Program-made: the position numbers and the translations under genes
Shown here: one piece after another, positions 1-11,383 of the stretch
How the letters are laid out: each line of letters opens with the position of its first letter
Numbering within the stretch: the first letter of the stretch is position 1
Assembly (NCBI GenBank): GCA_963820555.1
Contig: CAWGAT010000047.1
Location: 33,982 to 97,981, forward strand
DNA length: 64,000 nt
From: Candidatus Bathyarchaeota archaeon
GTDB taxonomy: Archaea > Thermoproteota > Bathyarchaeia > TCS64
Reading direction: 5' to 3'
Notes under the pieces: model-generated
Seen by the model: the letters and a program-made list of their open reading frames with translations, nothing else
Databases searched by the model: none
Told to the model about the DNA's origin: nothing

Positions 1-2
1 TC

Positions 3-122
3 GAGCAGATGGGCGTCACATTCCGCCGAGACGCCGACACGAAGAGGCCGCGCGTCAACAAGCCGGGTAGCAGGCTGGATAAGGAGCAGAAGGAGACCAG
101 GCGCTACTACTACTCCGGCTAA
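3..122 (+). CDS. 3' end of a CDS entering the window (…[39 protein letters not shown]), product not determined
   Basis: Open frame with host-like codon usage ending in TAA at 120-122. Confidence 0.6.
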   Translation, partial: EQMGVTFRRDADTKRPRVNKPGSRLDKEQKETRRYYYSG

Positions 123-231
123 CTTGCGTGGCAGTAGATAACGAAAAAATCTACGGGCACCGAAAGGGTTTGTCCCTTTCGATAATTCTTCTCTAAGAAA
201 ACGCTCAGTCTGAACAATATGCATCCATAGT

Positions 232-999
232 TTAGGTGCTTCTTGTGATTATCAATATCCTAAACGTGTTCTGTTGGAACTCCCTCAATGCGGATTTATC
301 CTCATCCCAGCTATACGCTGCGAGGAGCTCGAAGCCGTTCATCTCCAAGTATTGCTGAACCTCTGGATAGCTCACACATCTCAACCGATGCACCTCCTCA
401 AACGTCTCCGCTAGTCCATCTGGGGTAATCAGGATATACTGAAAGGGGAACTCCAAGACGCTGGTCTTAGGATCGAACCTGTTTTCATTGAGTCGATAGA
501 GTGTTCCCCTCTGGTCCTGAACCTTCGTCCACGACTTGTATGGCATAGGCTTCAACCCACTGATGTTCACGAAGTCGAAGATGAAGACACCATCCTCGAC
601 CAAGTGCTTCTTTACGCTGGTTAGTGCCCTTTCGATGTCGTCGTAGGTCTGCAGATAGGGGAACGCCGTGAACATACAGATCGCGCAGTCGTACTTCCTG
701 CCGAGGTAGATGCTCCGCATGTCTTGGACGACGAAATTGATGCTGAGGTTTGCCTTCTCCGCTTTTCTTCTAGCGACGTTAATCATATCCACCGAGAGAT
801 CCAAACCCGTCACATCATATCCTTTCCTCGATAAAATCAAGGAGTGATTCCCGGTCCCGCAGGCGATGTCGAGTATATGTTCGGGTTTTATTCTGCAGTG
901 CTCCTCTATCAACTTGATTAGAGTGTCGACTTCGGTTTCGTAGTCGACCGATTTATAGATCAGATCGTAGAACTCGCTTGAGGTTTTAGAGAAGCCCAT
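232..999 (-). CDS. Class I SAM-dependent methyltransferase
   Basis: ILDIACGTG motif I, GLDLS, QDMR, GVFIFD. Confidence 0.9.
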   Translation of the reverse strand: MGFSKTSSEFYDLIYKSVDYETEVDTLIKLIEEHCRIKPEHILDIACGTGNHSLILSRKGYDVTGLDLSVDMINVARRKAEKANLSINFVVQDMRSIYLGRKYDCAICMFTAFPYLQTYDDIERALTSVKKHLVEDGVFIFDFVNISGLKPMPYKSWTKVQDQRGTLYRLNENRFDPKTSVLEFPFQYILITPDGLAETFEEVHRLRCVSYPEVQQYLEMNGFELLAAYSWDEDKSALREFQQNTFRILIITRST

Positions 1000-1021
1000 A
1001 GGAGTTCTAGGGTTGTTTTAA

Positions 1022-2303
1022 CTGAGTGTTTGCGTTTTTCATGATTACCTCGTGTCGATAAGCCTCAACAGGCTCCTCGTTGACCGATCCGAATCCCTCA
1101 ACCTATGAATAAAACCATGCATACACTTCCTCCTCACCCACTCAACCGTCGCCTCCAACGAGAGAAGACCACCCGTGACGGAGTACCTCAGAAGCCTGCG
1201 ACGAAGAACATCGAGGAGAGCACAGGCCAGAGAGACTAGGTGCGCGTGTATAAGCGCCGCTTCGCTCCCCCTGAACCTGTACTCCCCGAAACCAAGAGAC
1301 TTAGCATCCCTATAAAAGTCCTCCACCCTATGCCTCTCCAAAGCATGACCCAGCAGCTCACCGACGCCGCAGCAGACCATGTCGCTGCAGAGCAGGTGAA
1401 CATCGTTCGTGCCGGCCTTCACATCCACCAAGATGGATACATCGCCTATCTTGGGCATCGTCACCTCAACCATACACGCCTGATAGAGCTCACCACCAAC
1501 CTCAACGTCGCTGAAGCACCCCGTACGACACATCTCCTCGACCAGCTCACGCAGGTGAACACGCTTACCATCGTGGAACACGATCCTGTTCCCCTTGATC
1601 TCACCGATCCAGTTGAAGCCGCGGCTCCGGCACTCCTCTATCAGGTCCATGCAGGTGAACCAGGAGTCCCAGAGGACGACGGTGCGCCTCGCCCTAGGGG
1701 TGTGATCCCCAATCAGCTCGCAGGCCAGCTCCACACGGGTCCTGAACGGGGCACCCTTCTCACTGCACCTCCTCTTGCTCCCGTAGAGCCTCAACCCGTC
1801 CGTGACGGCGACCCCGCCGTTGACGTGGAGGGATGAGACGTAGTCGTGGCTGAGCACCGTGCCCATCGTTGAGCTGTGGTTGATGCAGACCATCTCGGTC
1901 CTGGGGCTGTACTTCCTGCAGACGGTGTCGTCTATGACCTCGTACTCGACCTCTGGGTCATGTTCGGCCTCGCTTAGGAGCAGCTCCCTGCCCATCTTCA
2001 CCACCTTCTCTATGTCCCACTTGGATTCGGTGATGAACCTGTTGAGGCTGCTCTGGTCCTTACGGTCTATGAAGAGCTCGTTCATGCTCTTGATGTCGTG
2101 CTCCCCTTCGCCCGCTACGATGAGCCCCGTCATGGTTCTGCAGAAGTTGGTGTACTGGGGTTTGGTGAAGAACCTCCTGAATTTTGAGAGTAGGTTTCTG
2201 AGTCTGCTTGGTATGCTTGTTATGAAGCCGAACACGGTTTCATGTAGGAGAATCTAAAAAATAAGCTTTAGACACGGTTTACCGGGAAAACGCAAATACT
2301 CAG
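1022..2303 (-). mobile_element. IS701-type (IS4 superfamily) insertion sequence, 1282 bp, intact
   Basis: 17-bp terminal inverted repeats CTGAGTGTTTGCGTTTT (1022-1038) and AAAACGCAAATACTCAG (2287-2303), 1 mismatch; TTAA duplicated at 1018-1021 and 2304-2307. Confidence 0.9.
1045..2235 (-). CDS. DDE transposase, IS701-like
   Basis: QSSLNRFI…W, VIDDT, LWDSWF, RHRVEDFYRDAK.LG. Confidence 0.9.
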   Translation of the reverse strand: MFGFITSIPSRLRNLLSKFRRFFTKPQYTNFCRTMTGLIVAGEGEHDIKSMNELFIDRKDQSSLNRFITESKWDIEKVVKMGRELLLSEAEHDPEVEYEVIDDTVCRKYSPRTEMVCINHSSTMGTVLSHDYVSSLHVNGGVAVTDGLRLYGSKRRCSEKGAPFRTRVELACELIGDHTPRARRTVVLWDSWFTCMDLIEECRSRGFNWIGEIKGNRIVFHDGKRVHLRELVEEMCRTGCFSDVEVGGELYQACMVEVTMPKIGDVSILVDVKAGTNDVHLLCSDMVCCGVGELLGHALERHRVEDFYRDAKSLGFGEYRFRGSEAALIHAHLVSLACALLDVLRRRLLRYSVTGGLLSLEATVEWVRRKCMHGFIHRLRDSDRSTRSLLRLIDTR

Positions 2304-2347
2304 TTAATTTAAAAAATGTTTTACTAAAGAAAGACGGTTGATCTTTG

Positions 2348-3125
2348 TTACTTTGGTTTGTAGGCTTCGACGGTAACGCTCTTCACCTTGAAGTCGACGT
2401 CGTACTCGCTGGTGTCGTAGAAGGACTCCTTGAGTATCTTCGGCTTGTTGAAGCCAGCCGCCTCTATGTCCTTGAGGTACTCCTCCTCTGGTAGTGCGCC
2501 GGCGACGCAGCTTGCCCAGGAGTCGAGGTCTCTCCTGATCTCCTCGGGGATCTTGCCCTCGGTGACTATGTCGCTGACGGTTATCCTGCCCCCGGGCTTG
2601 AGGACGCGGTGGGCCTCGCGGAAGACCTTTGGCTTGTCAGGGCTGAGGTTGATGACGCAGTTGCTGATTATGGCGTCGACGGTGCCGTCCTCGACGGGCA
2701 TCTCCTCGATCTCGCCGAGGCGGAACTCGACGTTCTTGAAGCCGTACTCCTCCGCGGCCTCCTTCGCCCTCTTGATCATGGCCTCGTTCATGTCGACGCC
2801 GATTACCTTGCCCTTGGAGCCTACCTTCTTTGCGGCGAGGAAGACGTCTATACCTCCGCCTGAGCCGAGGTCGAGGACCGTCTCCCCCGGCTTGAGCCCC
2901 ACATAGGCGACGGGTGAGCCGCAGCCGAGGCCGAGTATCGCCTCCTGCGGGATCTCCTCAAGCTCCTTGACGTTATATCCAATCAGCTCCGCTGCCTGCT
3001 TTGGGTCTCCCCCTCCGCAGCAGCTGCCGCCGTCGCTGCCGCAGCCGCACCCGCTGCTTCTTCGACTCGGCTACCGCCGTGTATCGCTTCTTTACTGCTT
3101 CCTTGATCTCCTTCGCGCTCGCCAT
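2348..3125 (-). CDS. arsM: Arsenite S-adenosylmethionine methyltransferase (one frameshift near 3060)
   Basis: MASAKEIKEAVKKRY…GSCCG…LGLGCGSP…VLDLGSGGGID…ISNCVINLSPDK…WASCVAGA. Confidence 0.88.
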
Positions 3126-3217
3126 TATGGTCTGAGAGGCTTATCACAGCGACATATTTAAGAATATTGATATGAGTACTCGTAAACCTTTTGAGACCAC
3201 CCGCCTCGGCTCAACCT

Positions 3218-3785
3218 ATGAAGAAGACCTGCGGCTGGGGCACCGACGACCCCCTGATGACGGCTTACCACGACGAGGAGTGGGGGGTCCCCGTCCACGA
3301 CGACCGACTTCACTTCGAGTTCATAGTCCTCGAGGGCGTCCAGGCGGGACTCAGCTGGCGCACCGTCCTCCACAGGCGCGACGCGTACCGCGAGGCCTAC
3401 CACAACTTCGACCCCAAGAGGGTCGCTGCCTACACCGAGGCCGACGTGGAGAGGATCATGGACCACCCCGGCATCATCCGCAACCGCAGGAAGATAGAGG
3501 CAGCCATAAAGAACGCCCGCGCCTTCCTGGAGGTCCAGAAGGAGTTCGGCACATTCGACAGGTACATCTGGGGCTTCGTCGGGGGAAAGCAGAGGGTCAA
3601 CACCTACACGAGCTTCAAGGAGATGCCCGCGGAGACGGAGGAGAGCCGCGCCATGAGCAAGGACCTCAAGAAGACGGGGCTTCACCTTCGTCGGCCCAAC
3701 AATCTGCTACGCCTACATGCAGGCCGCTGGCCTGGTAAACGACCACCTGACAAAGTGCTACCGTTGGAAGGAGGTGCAGAAATGA
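3218..3785 (+). CDS. tag: DNA-3-methyladenine glycosylase I (frameshift near 3675)
   Basis: CGW…YHDEEWGVP…LEGVQAGLSW…IIRNRRKI; after the shift GFTFVGPTICYAYMQAAGLVNDH. Confidence 0.92.
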
Positions 3786-4679
3786 AGCTATTCGACGAGT
3801 TACTCAGGCCCGTCCCCGAGCTTTTCTTCGAGAAGTCGGGGGAACCCGAGGACGCCGACTATCATACTCTTCGGGGCACCCCTCGACAGGACCGCCTCCT
3901 ACAGGGGCGGGAGCAGGTTCGCCCCCACCGCCATCAGGGAGGCGAGCCAGTACATGGAGAGCTACAGCGTCAGGACGGGCCTCGACTGGGAGGACCTGAA
4001 GCTCGTTGACATCGGTGACATCGCCGACGTAGGGGAGGTCGAGCCCGCCGTCGAGAACATCAGGAGGGTCGTCGAGGAGATCAAGGCGCTGGGTAAGCTC
4101 CCAGTTATGCTGGGGGGCGAGCACACGATCACCCTCGGCGCCCTCCGCGCCCTCCACCCCGAAGCCGTCGTCGTCTTCGACGCCCACCTCGACCTCAGGG
4201 ACACACTATTCGAGGAGAGGCTCTGCCACGCCACCTACCTGCGCAGGGCACATGAGGAACAGGGATTCAGGCTAGTAATCGTCGCGGCGCGCGCCCTCTC
4301 CGCGGAGGAGATAGAGTACGCCGAGGAGAAGGGTGTCACCGTCGTCACGGCGCAGGACGTGAAGAGGTTCGGCGTCGAACCCGTCCTCGGAATGATCAGA
4401 GACTCCCTAGAGGGCGTCGAGTCCGTCTACCTGAGCGTCGACATGGACGCCGTCGACCCCGCCGAGGCCCCCGCAGTGGGCAACCCCAGCCCAGAAGGCA
4501 TAGGAGTCACCCAGCTGCTCGACCTAATCGCCGGCGTCGTCGACAAGCGCCTCGTCGGCTTCGACCTGAACGAGGTCTCCCCCAGCTACGACTCGGGCTT
4601 AACCGCGATCCAGGCCGCCTACATCGTCCTCGAGACCCTCTACATGGCCGAGAGGGCACGACGCGGCTACCCCTCATAG
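3782..4679 (+). CDS. speB: Agmatinase / ureohydrolase (frameshift near 3865)
   Basis: GGEHTIT, DAHLD, SVDMDAVDP, GNPSPEG; ATGA overlap with tag. Confidence 0.9.
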
Positions 4680-4733
4680 CCCATATATCCCAGCGAGTCG
4701 AAGTCTACGCGATGGCGGCTCCCGACTTCAATA

Positions 4734-7281
4734 ATGGACGAGGGCGAGGAGGAGATAAGGCCGAAGGGGCGTCTGGCCCCCGAGAACCTGCCCACGAGCT
4801 ACCTCCTCAGCGCGGGCTACGACGGCGCGGAGCAGAAGGCGTACCTCCGCCTCTACGAGCCCGTGAGCCAGCAGGTCTACCTCTGGTACGACAACACGAG
4901 CCACCTCCCCTACTGCATAAGCAGGGAGCCCATCACGGAGCTGGAGAAGAACCAGCGCCTCCTCCGCCACGAGGGCTACTTCTTCATGGAGGAGGTCAAG
5001 AAACACGACCCCCTCGCAGACAAGGAGATCAAGGTCACAAAGGTCGTCGCCAAGGACCCCCTCAGCATCGGCGGAGGCAGGGGCCAGCCCATCAGGAGCA
5101 TCATCGGGGACAGCTGGGAGAGCCGAATCAGGTACTACCAGTGCTACATCTACGACCGCGAACTCATCACCGGGATGCCCTACAGGGTGGAGAACGGCAA
5201 CCTCGTCGACGCCGGCTACACCCTCGACGCGGAGACGGAGGCGAAGATCGACGCCATCCTGGAGAAGATCGAGCCCGAGTTCAGGGGCAACATGAAGGAG
5301 TGGACCCGCCTCCTCCAGTGCCCCGTCCCCAAGCTGCGGCGCGTCGCCGTCGACATCGAGGTCCGCCCAAGCGTCCAGAACAGGCTCCCCAACGCCGACG
5401 AGGCGACAGGAGCCCATAACCGCCGTCGGATTCTCAGCCAGCGACGGCTTGCGCAGGATAATCGTCCTCAACGACACCGGCCACGATGTACCGACACCCG
5501 GTCATCCTCGGCGCGGAGGTTAAGGTCTACACCGACGAGCGCGACATAATCAGGGACACCTTCAAGGTCCTAGACGAGTACCCCGTCGTCCTCACCTTCA
5601 ACGGTGACGACTTCGACTTCCGATTCCTACGCAACAGGGCGAAGAACCTCGGCATCCCCGACTCCGAGAACCCCATAGTCATGGGGCGCCGCTTCGCCTT
5701 CCTCAGAAACGGCGTCCACCTCGACCTCTACAAATTCTTCATGAACAGGAGCATACAGGGCTACGCCTTCGGCAACCGATACAGGGAGAACACCCTCAAC
5801 GAGATATCCAAGAGCCTCACTCAACCATGGAGAAGCTCGCAATCGGCGACATCATGGCGGCGAACATGCAGGACCTCGCCCAGTACTGCCTCAACGACTC
5901 CGACCTCACCTACCAGCTCACAGCCTTCAACCACGACCTCGCCATGAACCTCATAGTCCTCCTCACCCGCATCAGCAAGATGATCATGGAGGACGTCACC
6001 CGTAACGGCGTCAGCAGGTGGATACTCTCCCTCATGGAGTGGGAACACAGGCACCGGGGCTGGCTCATCCCCAACACGCAGGACATCCTCGACGTGAAGG
6101 GGCAGACCAGCACCACCAGCATCATCAAGGGGAAGAAGTACCAGGGCGCCATAGTCAGGGACCCGAAGCCCGGCGCCCACTTCGGCGTCATCGTCTGCGA
6201 CTTCGCCAGCCTCTACCCCAGCGCTATCAGGAACTGGAACCTAAGCTACGACACCATCCTCTGCAACCATCCCGAGTGCAGGGATAACCTTGTCCCCGGG
6301 ACCCCCCACTGGGTCTGCAAGAAGAACCGCGGCATGGCGAGCCTCATCATTGGAAGCCTTCGCGACCTCAGGGTCCAGTGGTACAAGCCCCGAAGCAGAG
6401 ACAAAGCCCTAAGCGTCGAGGAGCGCCAGTACTACGACGTCGTCACCCAGGCCCTCAAGGTCTTCCTGAACGCCAGCTATGGGGTCTTCGGCTCCGAGAG
6501 CTTTCCCCTCTACTGCCCCCCGCTGGCGGAGAGCACAGCAGCCGTCGGCCGCTACGCCATGACCAAGGCCGTCGATAAAAGCCAGCAACTAGGCATAGAG
6601 GTCATCTACGGCGACACGGACTCCGTCTTCCTCGAGAAGCCGTCGAAGGAGCAGATTGACGGCCTCGTTAACTGGGCCGACGCCGAGCTCGGCATCGACC
6701 TTGACGTCGACAAGCAGTACCGCTACGCCATATTCAGCAGCCGGAAGAAGAACTACCTCGGCGTCTACCCCGACGGCAAGCTCGACATAAAGGGGCTGAC
6801 GGGGAAGAAGCGGCACATCCCCCCCATCCTCAAGGACGCCTTCGTCAAACTCACCACCATCCTCAGCAACGTCGATGGGCCCGAGGAGTTCCCCGACGCC
6901 AAGGAGGAAATCAGGAACCTCGTCACCACCATCAACCACCGCCTCAAGAACCGCGAATTCGCCATAGAGGAGGTCGCCTTCAGCATGATGCTCGGCAAGG
7001 GCCTCGCAGGCTACGACACCACGCCCCAGCACGTCAAGGCGGGCAGGATGCTCGAGGAGCAGGGATACGAGCTCAAGGAGGGGGACATAATCAGCTACGT
7101 CGTCACAAAGGACGGCGTCAAGCCCGTCCAGATAGCGGGGAAGAAGGACGTCGACATAAACAAGATGGAGGAGTACCTCGAGGGCACATTCGAGCAGGTC
7201 CTCGACGCCCTCGACATGAGCTTCGACGAACTCGTCGGGCGCCCACGCCAGACGGGACTCGGCGCATTCTTCACACGCTAG
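4734..7281 (+). CDS. polB1: Family B DNA polymerase, PolB1 type (frameshifts near 5405-5485 and 5825)
   Basis: LLSAGYDG…LRLYEP N-terminus, exonuclease DIEV and TFNGDDFD, DFASLYPS, KVFLNASYG, YGDTDS, KKNY. Confidence 0.93.
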
Positions 7282-7811
7282 AGCCCCGAGAGGAGGCGGC
7301 GCGCCTTCTCCATCTCCTCCGGCTTCTTCGCCACCTCCCCCTTCTCATTGGCGGTTATCAGCGCCTCCCCAGCGTACACCAGCCCGAGGTACTTGAAGCT
7401 CATCTTCAGGCTGTCGACAAGCGGCCCGCAGGCGCTCGGCCCCTCCTCGGAGGGGGCGATCAGGTAGGCCTTCTTCCCCTCGAGGCGGCGGTTGGCGACG
7501 TAGGGGCGGAGGCGATCGATGAGGAGCTTCATCTTGGCGGTGGGGCCGTACCAGTAGATCGGGGTGCCGAGGATGATGACGTCGGCGGCGTCTATCTTCC
7601 TGTAGATTTCGGGCATGTCGTCCTTGAGTACGCAGACCTTCTCCCCGGCCTTGCAGGCGCGGCAGTCGACGCATGGCTTAATCTCGTAGTCGTAGAGGTA
7701 GAGCTTCTCCCCCTCGTGCCCGTGCTTCGTCGCCTCACCGAGGGCGGCGTCGACGAGCAGTTCCGTGTTCCCCATCCGGCGGGGGCTCCCGATTAATGCT
7801 AGTATCTTCAT
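7278..7811 (-). CDS. Flavodoxin-family / iron-sulfur flavoprotein (NADPH-dependent FMN reductase fold)
   Basis: MKILALIGSPRRMGNT, CxxCxxC…C, GTPIYW. Confidence 0.88.
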   Translation of the reverse strand: MKILALIGSPRRMGNTELLVDAALGEATKHGHEGEKLYLYDYEIKPCVDCRACKAGEKVCVLKDDMPEIYRKIDAADVIILGTPIYWYGPTAKMKLLIDRLRPYVANRRLEGKKAYLIAPSEEGPSACGPLVDSLKMSFKYLGLVYAGEALITANEKGEVAKKPEEMEKARRLLSGL

Positions 7812-7924
7812 TAAGCAGACTCTCGCCCTCAGCTCCTTTATCCCTATCCCCCGGGACCAGTAAAAATTACAACTGGCTGGGAGAAGACTATAATATTGGG
7901 GCCACAGCATCCTCTTCGGTCAAT

Positions 7925-9232
7925 ATGACCGGTTTCGTGGACATAGCCAAGATACTTGGCGGAAAGCATGACGAGGAGCAGGTCCAGATCCGCGGCTGGC
8001 TCTACAACAGCCGGAGCAGCGGTGGCCTGGTCTTCCTCCACATACGCGACGGCACAGGTGTACTGCAGTGCACCGTGAACAAGAAGAACGTCGACGAAGC
8101 CACCTTCAATAATCTCGAGGGGCTCACGATGGAGTCCACACTCGAGATTGGGGGAAAGGTCCGCGTGGACCAGCGCGCCCCGGGTGGCTACGAGCTCTCC
8201 GTCAATAACCTCGGCACAGTCTACGAGGCTCAGCCAGACTTCCCTATAACGAAGAAGGAGCACGGCCTCGAGTTCCTACTAGACAACAGGCACCTACAGG
8301 TCCGGGACCCAAAGCTGCAGAGCATCTTCAAGATCAAAGCCGAGTTCCTCAAGGCAGCGAGGACGTGGTTCGGAGAGAACGGTTACACGGAGACCCAGAG
8401 CCCCAGCTTCACAAGCGCGGCCTGCGAGGGCGGCTCAACCCTCTTCGAGGTCAAGTACTTCGACAAGAAGAACGTCTACCTGAGCCAGAGCTGGCAGCTC
8501 TACGCGGAGGCGATGATAAGCAGCCTCGGCAAGATATACACGATCGCGCCGAGCTTCAGGGCGGAGCCCAGCAGGACGCGCCGCCACGTGACCGAGTTCT
8601 GGCACATGGAGGTCGAGGAGCCCTGGACGGACCACGACGGCATCATGAAGGTGGGGGACGCGCTGGTCACTCACATCGCCCACCACATCGCGGAGACGAT
8701 GCCGAAGGAGATACAGGCCGTGGGCAGGGACCCTAAGGACCTGCTGAAGATCGAGACTCCGTTCCCGAGGATCAAGTACGACGAGGCGGTGGAGATTCTG
8801 CAGAAGGACGGCGTCGAGATGCTCTGGGGGGACGACTTCGGCTGGCAGCAGGAGGCCCCACTGACGCAGCACTTCGAATTACCCTTCTGGGTCACGGGGT
8901 TCCCCACGGGGATCAAGCCCTTCTATCACATGCCCGACCCCGCGAGGCCTGACACTACGAAGTCGGGCGACCTACTCGCCCCCGAGGGCTACGGCGAGAT
9001 CATCGGAGGCGGGCAGCGCGTACACGACTACAACCAGCTTCTCCAGCGGGTGCTTGACGACAACCTCAACCCGGAGGACTATAAGTGGTACATGGAGCTG
9101 CGGAAGTGGGGCACGGTGCCGCACAGCGGCTTCGGCCTAGGCGTGGAGCGTGTACTTACGTGGATGCTTAAGCTTGAGCACATCAGGGACACCATCCCCT
9201 TCCCCAGGGACATGCGTAGGGTCTACCCGTAA
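7925..9232 (+). CDS. asnS: Asparagine-tRNA ligase
   Basis: OB-fold RDGTG, FRAEPSRTRRHVTEFWH, GYGEIIGGGQR, PHSGFGLGVER. Confidence 0.92.
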   Translation: MTGFVDIAKILGGKHDEEQVQIRGWLYNSRSSGGLVFLHIRDGTGVLQCTVNKKNVDEATFNNLEGLTMESTLEIGGKVRVDQRAPGGYELSVNNLGTVYEAQPDFPITKKEHGLEFLLDNRHLQVRDPKLQSIFKIKAEFLKAARTWFGENGYTETQSPSFTSAACEGGSTLFEVKYFDKKNVYLSQSWQLYAEAMISSLGKIYTIAPSFRAEPSRTRRHVTEFWHMEVEEPWTDHDGIMKVGDALVTHIAHHIAETMPKEIQAVGRDPKDLLKIETPFPRIKYDEAVEILQKDGVEMLWGDDFGWQQEAPLTQHFELPFWVTGFPTGIKPFYHMPDPARPDTTKSGDLLAPEGYGEIIGGGQRVHDYNQLLQRVLDDNLNPEDYKWYMELRKWGTVPHSGFGLGVERVLTWMLKLEHIRDTIPFPRDMRRVYP

Positions 9233-9261
9233 CCCCGCTCTTCTTTTCTAAAGAATCACTT

Positions 9262-9775
9262 TTTCAGTGCGGCGACGAAGCCGTCGACCTTCGCGTCACC
9301 CACCCCGCCTTCATACAGACACGCGACCAGAAAGTATGCCGCCGCGGCGTTGAGCCTCAGCGAACTCGCCCACTTCGGCCCCGAGTACGCCAAGCAGATA
9401 CAGGCCAACTCACACGCGCTCGCAGGGGCGCTCGACGAGCAGGGCTTCAAGGTTGTGGGGAAGGAGAAGGGCTACACGAAGACGCATCAGGTGATAGTCA
9501 ATGTCCGTGACCTCGGGCCGCGTGCCATCGAGAAGAGGTTCAACGAGTCGAACATCCTCCTCCCCACGACTGTCCTCTGGGACGACCCCCCGAATTGCAG
9601 GGGCGGCCTCAGGATATCGGTGCAGGAGGCTACCCGCCAAGGGATGACTGAGGGGGAGATGAAGCAGGTGACGGCGTTGATCAGGAGGTCGGCAGACGGG
9701 GAGGACGCTGAGTCGATGAGGGGCGAGGTCGAGAGGTTCGTCGCGCCCTTCCGGAAGCTAAAGTACTGCTTCTGA
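9262..9775 (+). pseudogene. glyA: C-terminal fragment of a serine hydroxymethyltransferase-like protein
   Basis: FGPEYAKQIQANSHALAGALDEQGFKV…GYTKTHQV…GLRISVQEATRQGM…KYCF; no N-terminal PLP domain. Confidence 0.75.
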
Positions 9776-9860
9776 TGTAACCTCTTAACAATTATTGGAA
9801 AAATTTATAAAAATATAGAATTCATTTTAACTGGAGAGTGATTTATTTTTATGGATATTA

Positions 9861-10175
9861 ATGAGCCCGGATTTTATTTTAGGTTTTATCGGTAGTGTAA
9901 CAGGAATTTTAAGTCTATTAATACTCATTTTTAACACCTATAGAGAAAAACCAAAAATTAAAATAATTGACGAAATGATGATACTTCAATATAAAAAAGG
10001 AAAATTTAATTCTGATCTAGAATATAAAATTAGTAATACCGGGAATAAAGATACAACTATATACAGAGTAATAGTCTCTTTCGGCCCTGATGTAGAGGTA
10101 TTTGATCAGGAACTTGTATCTTTACTAGCTCATTCATTGATTAATGGACCCAGTAATACTAAAAGTAATAATTTA
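9861..10175 (+). pseudogene. AT-rich hypothetical protein with N-terminal TM helix, truncated by the IS5 element
   Basis: ORF runs into the IS left inverted repeat at 10176. Confidence 0.6.
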
Positions 10176-11170
10176 TGCTCTGTGGAATTAGTCGATAATT
10201 TTACATAAATAAACGCCCCTTCTAGGAGCCGATGGACTGGAAAGAGACCGACGAGAGGCTCATCAGACGAGGAGAGCTCATCCTGGACCCCTCCCTCATG
10301 AAAAACCACGTAAAAGAACTAAAAACCATGAACAGGCACAGAATAGGACGTCCCTACACCCTATCAAACAGCATCATCAAGCTCCTCACAGCAGTCCGCT
10401 ACCTCTACGGCCTCCCCTACCGCCAACTCGAAGGATTCACCAGAGCACTACACAGACTCGTACCTGACATGCCCACCGGCGACTACTCCGGCCTCCGCAA
10501 ACGGATCCTCGGCCAGCCCGTCGACCCCTACAAGGACCTCAAAGACGCCACCGAGCCCGTAACCATCGCCGTCGACTCCACCGGCATCAGCGTCCACAGG
10601 GCCGGAGGCTGGATAGAGAGGAAGCACGGGAAGAAGAGGAGGTACATCAAGCTCCACTTCGCCGTAAACACGGAGACCCACGAGGTGGTCGCTATGGAGG
10701 TCAGCACCGACGACGTTCACGACGTGAAGGCCCTCCCAGCGCTCGTGGAGGAGTCGGGGAGGAATGTCCGGGTCTCTGGGCTCCTCGGGGATGGTGCCTA
10801 CGACTCGTCGAAGGTCTACGCTCTGCTGGAGGGTCGGGGGATCGAGGCGGTTGTTAAGCCGAAGAGGAACGGTAGGTCTGATCGGGGTCATCCGGGCAGG
10901 CGTCGGGCGGTGGAGCTGGTGAGGAGTTTAGGGTATGATGGTTGGGCTGAGAGGGTGGGGTACGGGCGTAGGTGGGCTGTTGAGACGGCTTACTCGACGT
11001 TTAAGCGGTTGTTTGGGGAGCACAGCCTCGCCAGGAGCTTTGAGGGCATTGCGAGGGAGCTGGCTGGGAAGGTTTCGTTGTACAATATGCTGGTGAACCT
11101 GTGAGAGGTGGGGGCGACGTGGGCTTGTGTAGAGAGGGCTCTAATGGATTTTAACTAAATCCACAGAGCA
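10176..11170 (+). mobile_element. IS5-family insertion sequence (IS903-group-like ends), 995 bp
   Basis: 17-bp inverted repeats TGCTCTGTGGAATTAGT (10176-10192) and ACTAAATCCACAGAGCA (11154-11170), 1 mismatch; no target duplication seen. Confidence 0.88.
10232..11104 (+). CDS. IS5-family DDE transposase
   Basis: LIRRGE, LPYRQLEGF, IAVDSTG, KLH, GDGAYDS, YGRRWAVET…KRLFG. Confidence 0.93.
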   Translation: MDWKETDERLIRRGELILDPSLMKNHVKELKTMNRHRIGRPYTLSNSIIKLLTAVRYLYGLPYRQLEGFTRALHRLVPDMPTGDYSGLRKRILGQPVDPYKDLKDATEPVTIAVDSTGISVHRAGGWIERKHGKKRRYIKLHFAVNTETHEVVAMEVSTDDVHDVKALPALVEESGRNVRVSGLLGDGAYDSSKVYALLEGRGIEAVVKPKRNGRSDRGHPGRRRAVELVRSLGYDGWAERVGYGRRWAVETAYSTFKRLFGEHSLARSFEGIARELAGKVSLYNMLVNL

Positions 11171-11383
11171 GTTCTACGCACTTCTCAACGGAAGTTTACC
11201 TCATTACTGGCAAAAGGTTCGCTTCGAGTAGAAGAAGGGCGCTTTCGGGGTAGTTCCGTTCACGTGGGGTAAGGAGCACTGTCTAGTGCTTAAGACATCG
11301 ACGAAACTGAATTCTACGAATTTTTGAATACATTTAACGAGTTCATATCGAAGGTCATCGATAACTCAGATGGCGATCATAGT

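Noticed and set aside
3191..4009. Apparent Tag-agmatinase fusion ORF
   Set aside because: Artefact of a frameshift near 3675; the genes separate at an ATGA overlap at 3782-3785
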